Of a stretch of 64,000 nucleotides of DNA, positions 62,892-64,000 are shown one piece after another. The DNA comes from a virus: positions 38,446 through 102,445 of the IMG/VR virus record IMGVR_UViG_3300049001_000080; one strand, 5' to 3'. The notes beneath the pieces were generated by a model, which was not told where the DNA came from, searched no databases, and worked only from the letters and a program-made list of their open reading frames with translations. Within the stretch, counting starts at the first letter, position 1. Each line of letters opens with the position of its first letter. The position numbers were made by a program, and so were the translations under genes.

Positions 62892-63099
62892 ACGGGTCTC
62901 CTCGGTTCGGCGGTGAGTGCTGCTCAGGAGGGGTCGGTGCGCTTCTTGGTGCGGACCGAGTTGTTCGAGGGCCGGCGCAGGTGCGCGGGGATCGCGGCGC
63001 GGGCGAGAGAGTGCGGCCCGTCGTCGTGAAAGCCGCCAGGCGCGCCGCAGGTAGGGCAGGGGGGTGACCGTCGGCCGGCTCTCCTGCGGGCCCGTCACG

Positions 63100-63417
63100 T
63101 TAGCGCCCGAAGCGGGTGGGTTGGGTGTCGAGGAGGGACGCCGTCCCGAAGGAGGCGAAGCCGAAGGAGGAGTTCGGGTAGGCCTCCTGGGCGAGGCGCC
63201 GGGCGCGGGGCACGCGCTCCAGAGCTGTCATGTGCGACACGAACGGCCCGAGCAGCAGCGCGGTCCTGCGACCCTGCCGGAGTGTGACGTAGAACCGGGC
63301 GCCGGGGCGGACCTGGACAGGCTCGGGCTGACCCTGGCCCCACTTGTGGCGGAGGTACCGCTTGGCGGCGTCGAGGTCAGCGATGCCGGTGCCGAGGTGG
63401 GTCTCGCGGTCAGACAT
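63100..63417 (-). CDS. Hypothetical protein
   Basis: MSDRETHLG...FYVT...LLLGPF.SH..AL; overlap start. Confidence 0.6.
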   Translation of the reverse strand: MSDRETHLGTGIADLDAAKRYLRHKWGQGQPEPVQVRPGARFYVTLRQGRRTALLLGPFVSHMTALERVPRARRLAQEAYPNSSFGFASFGTASLLDTQPTRFGR

Positions 63418-63714
63418 CAGATCACACTCCCGCCGAGCAGCGGCTGGCGGGCGATGCGGCGCTGGTGGCTCAGGACCTCGTCGATGGTGAAGTCGGCCAG
63501 CCGGGCGCCGGAGCGCAGGCCCACGGCGGTGACGCCCTCGGCGCGCAGCTTGCACAGCCAGGAGGCCGAGACCCGCTTGCGGTAGCTGGTGGTCTTCCAG
63601 CCGCGTCCAGGCACGAAGGTCTGCGCGACGATCGGGTGCTCGGACGGAGTCGGGGCGGCGAAGTACTCGCGGACGAGCGCCGGGACCTTGGGCCTGGAGG
63701 GAGGAGATCGGCAT
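63417..63714 (-). pseudogene. Small gene with apparent +1 frameshift near 63690
   Basis: RBS/ATG gives MPISSLQA; removing one C continues KVPALVREYF... to the stop at 63417. Confidence 0.5.
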
Positions 63715-63751
63715 CGCTGGCTCCTTCTGGCGGGGTGCTCTAGCTGGTACA

Positions 63752-63780
63752 ACGCTACCCATCCCGCCATCGACTGTCAA
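63752..63780 (-). promoter_or_regulatory. Sigma70-type promoter TTGACA-N17-TAGCGT
   Basis: Consensus -35 and spacing. Confidence 0.7.
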
Positions 63781-63968
63781 GGATCTCTAGCAGCGTCGCG
63801 CTGTAGTTCCTCGGTCCGGCAAGCCTGCCACGACGAGAAGTGACCGGCCGCGCAGGCGTACACCGACAGGCCCACTAGGTACGGGATGGAGTCGCGCCAC
63901 CACAGCATCGAGGGCGGGGCCAGGAGGGCCCACAGCACCGTCGCCCACCCGTGCAGCCGGCGCATCAC
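63777..63968 (-). CDS. Small two-TM membrane protein
   Basis: 63 aa hydrophobic ORF. Confidence 0.6.
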   Translation of the reverse strand: MMRRLHGWATVLWALLAPPSMLWWRDSIPYLVGLSVYACAAGHFSSWQACRTEELQRDAARDP

Positions 63969-64000
63969 GGTGGGGTCGTGCAGGACACGGGAGAGGCTCG

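Noticed and set aside
62900-63099. tRNA or structured RNA in the 200 bp gap
   Set aside because: No T-loop, cloverleaf or clear stems seen; no tRNA recognised anywhere in the window.

Overview
Very GC-rich DNA (roughly 70-75% by eye) from a large actinobacterial myovirus or prophage, with a Mycobacterium cluster C/Bxz1-like layout. Almost all genes are on the minus strand. In transcription order (right to left): small early genes (thermonuclease, DEDD-like exonuclease, HTH proteins); modular putative head proteins; portal; three fibre proteins sharing one N-terminal domain (one with two beta-helix depolymerase domains); GH25 lysin; papain-like peptidase; SWIM-NUDIX protein; holin-like proteins; prohead protease with nested scaffold; an antisense EndoVII nuclease; decoration protein; major capsid protein; a 6xHTH/PD-(D/E)xK nuclease; three tandem C5 methyltransferases; accessory genes (HNH, M50B, RyR, secreted protein, UDG-like); neck, sheath, tube, frameshifted chaperone, tape measure and baseplate genes, with a LAGLIDADG intein in baseplate J. 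No terminase, integrase, tRNA or CRISPR array was seen. Best candidate for a new system: a structured ~200 bp non-coding region after the capsid gene that carries a 41 bp copy of capsid coding sequence directly upstream of the multi-HTH nuclease, while the capsid 3' end itself switches to AT-rich codons. Also notable: head polyproteins carrying enzyme cargo, short AT-rich recoded patches at conserved motifs, a ten-copy bipartite late-promoter motif, a candidate sRNA and a poly-G-frameshifted methyltransferase. All calls are by eye; no searches were run.
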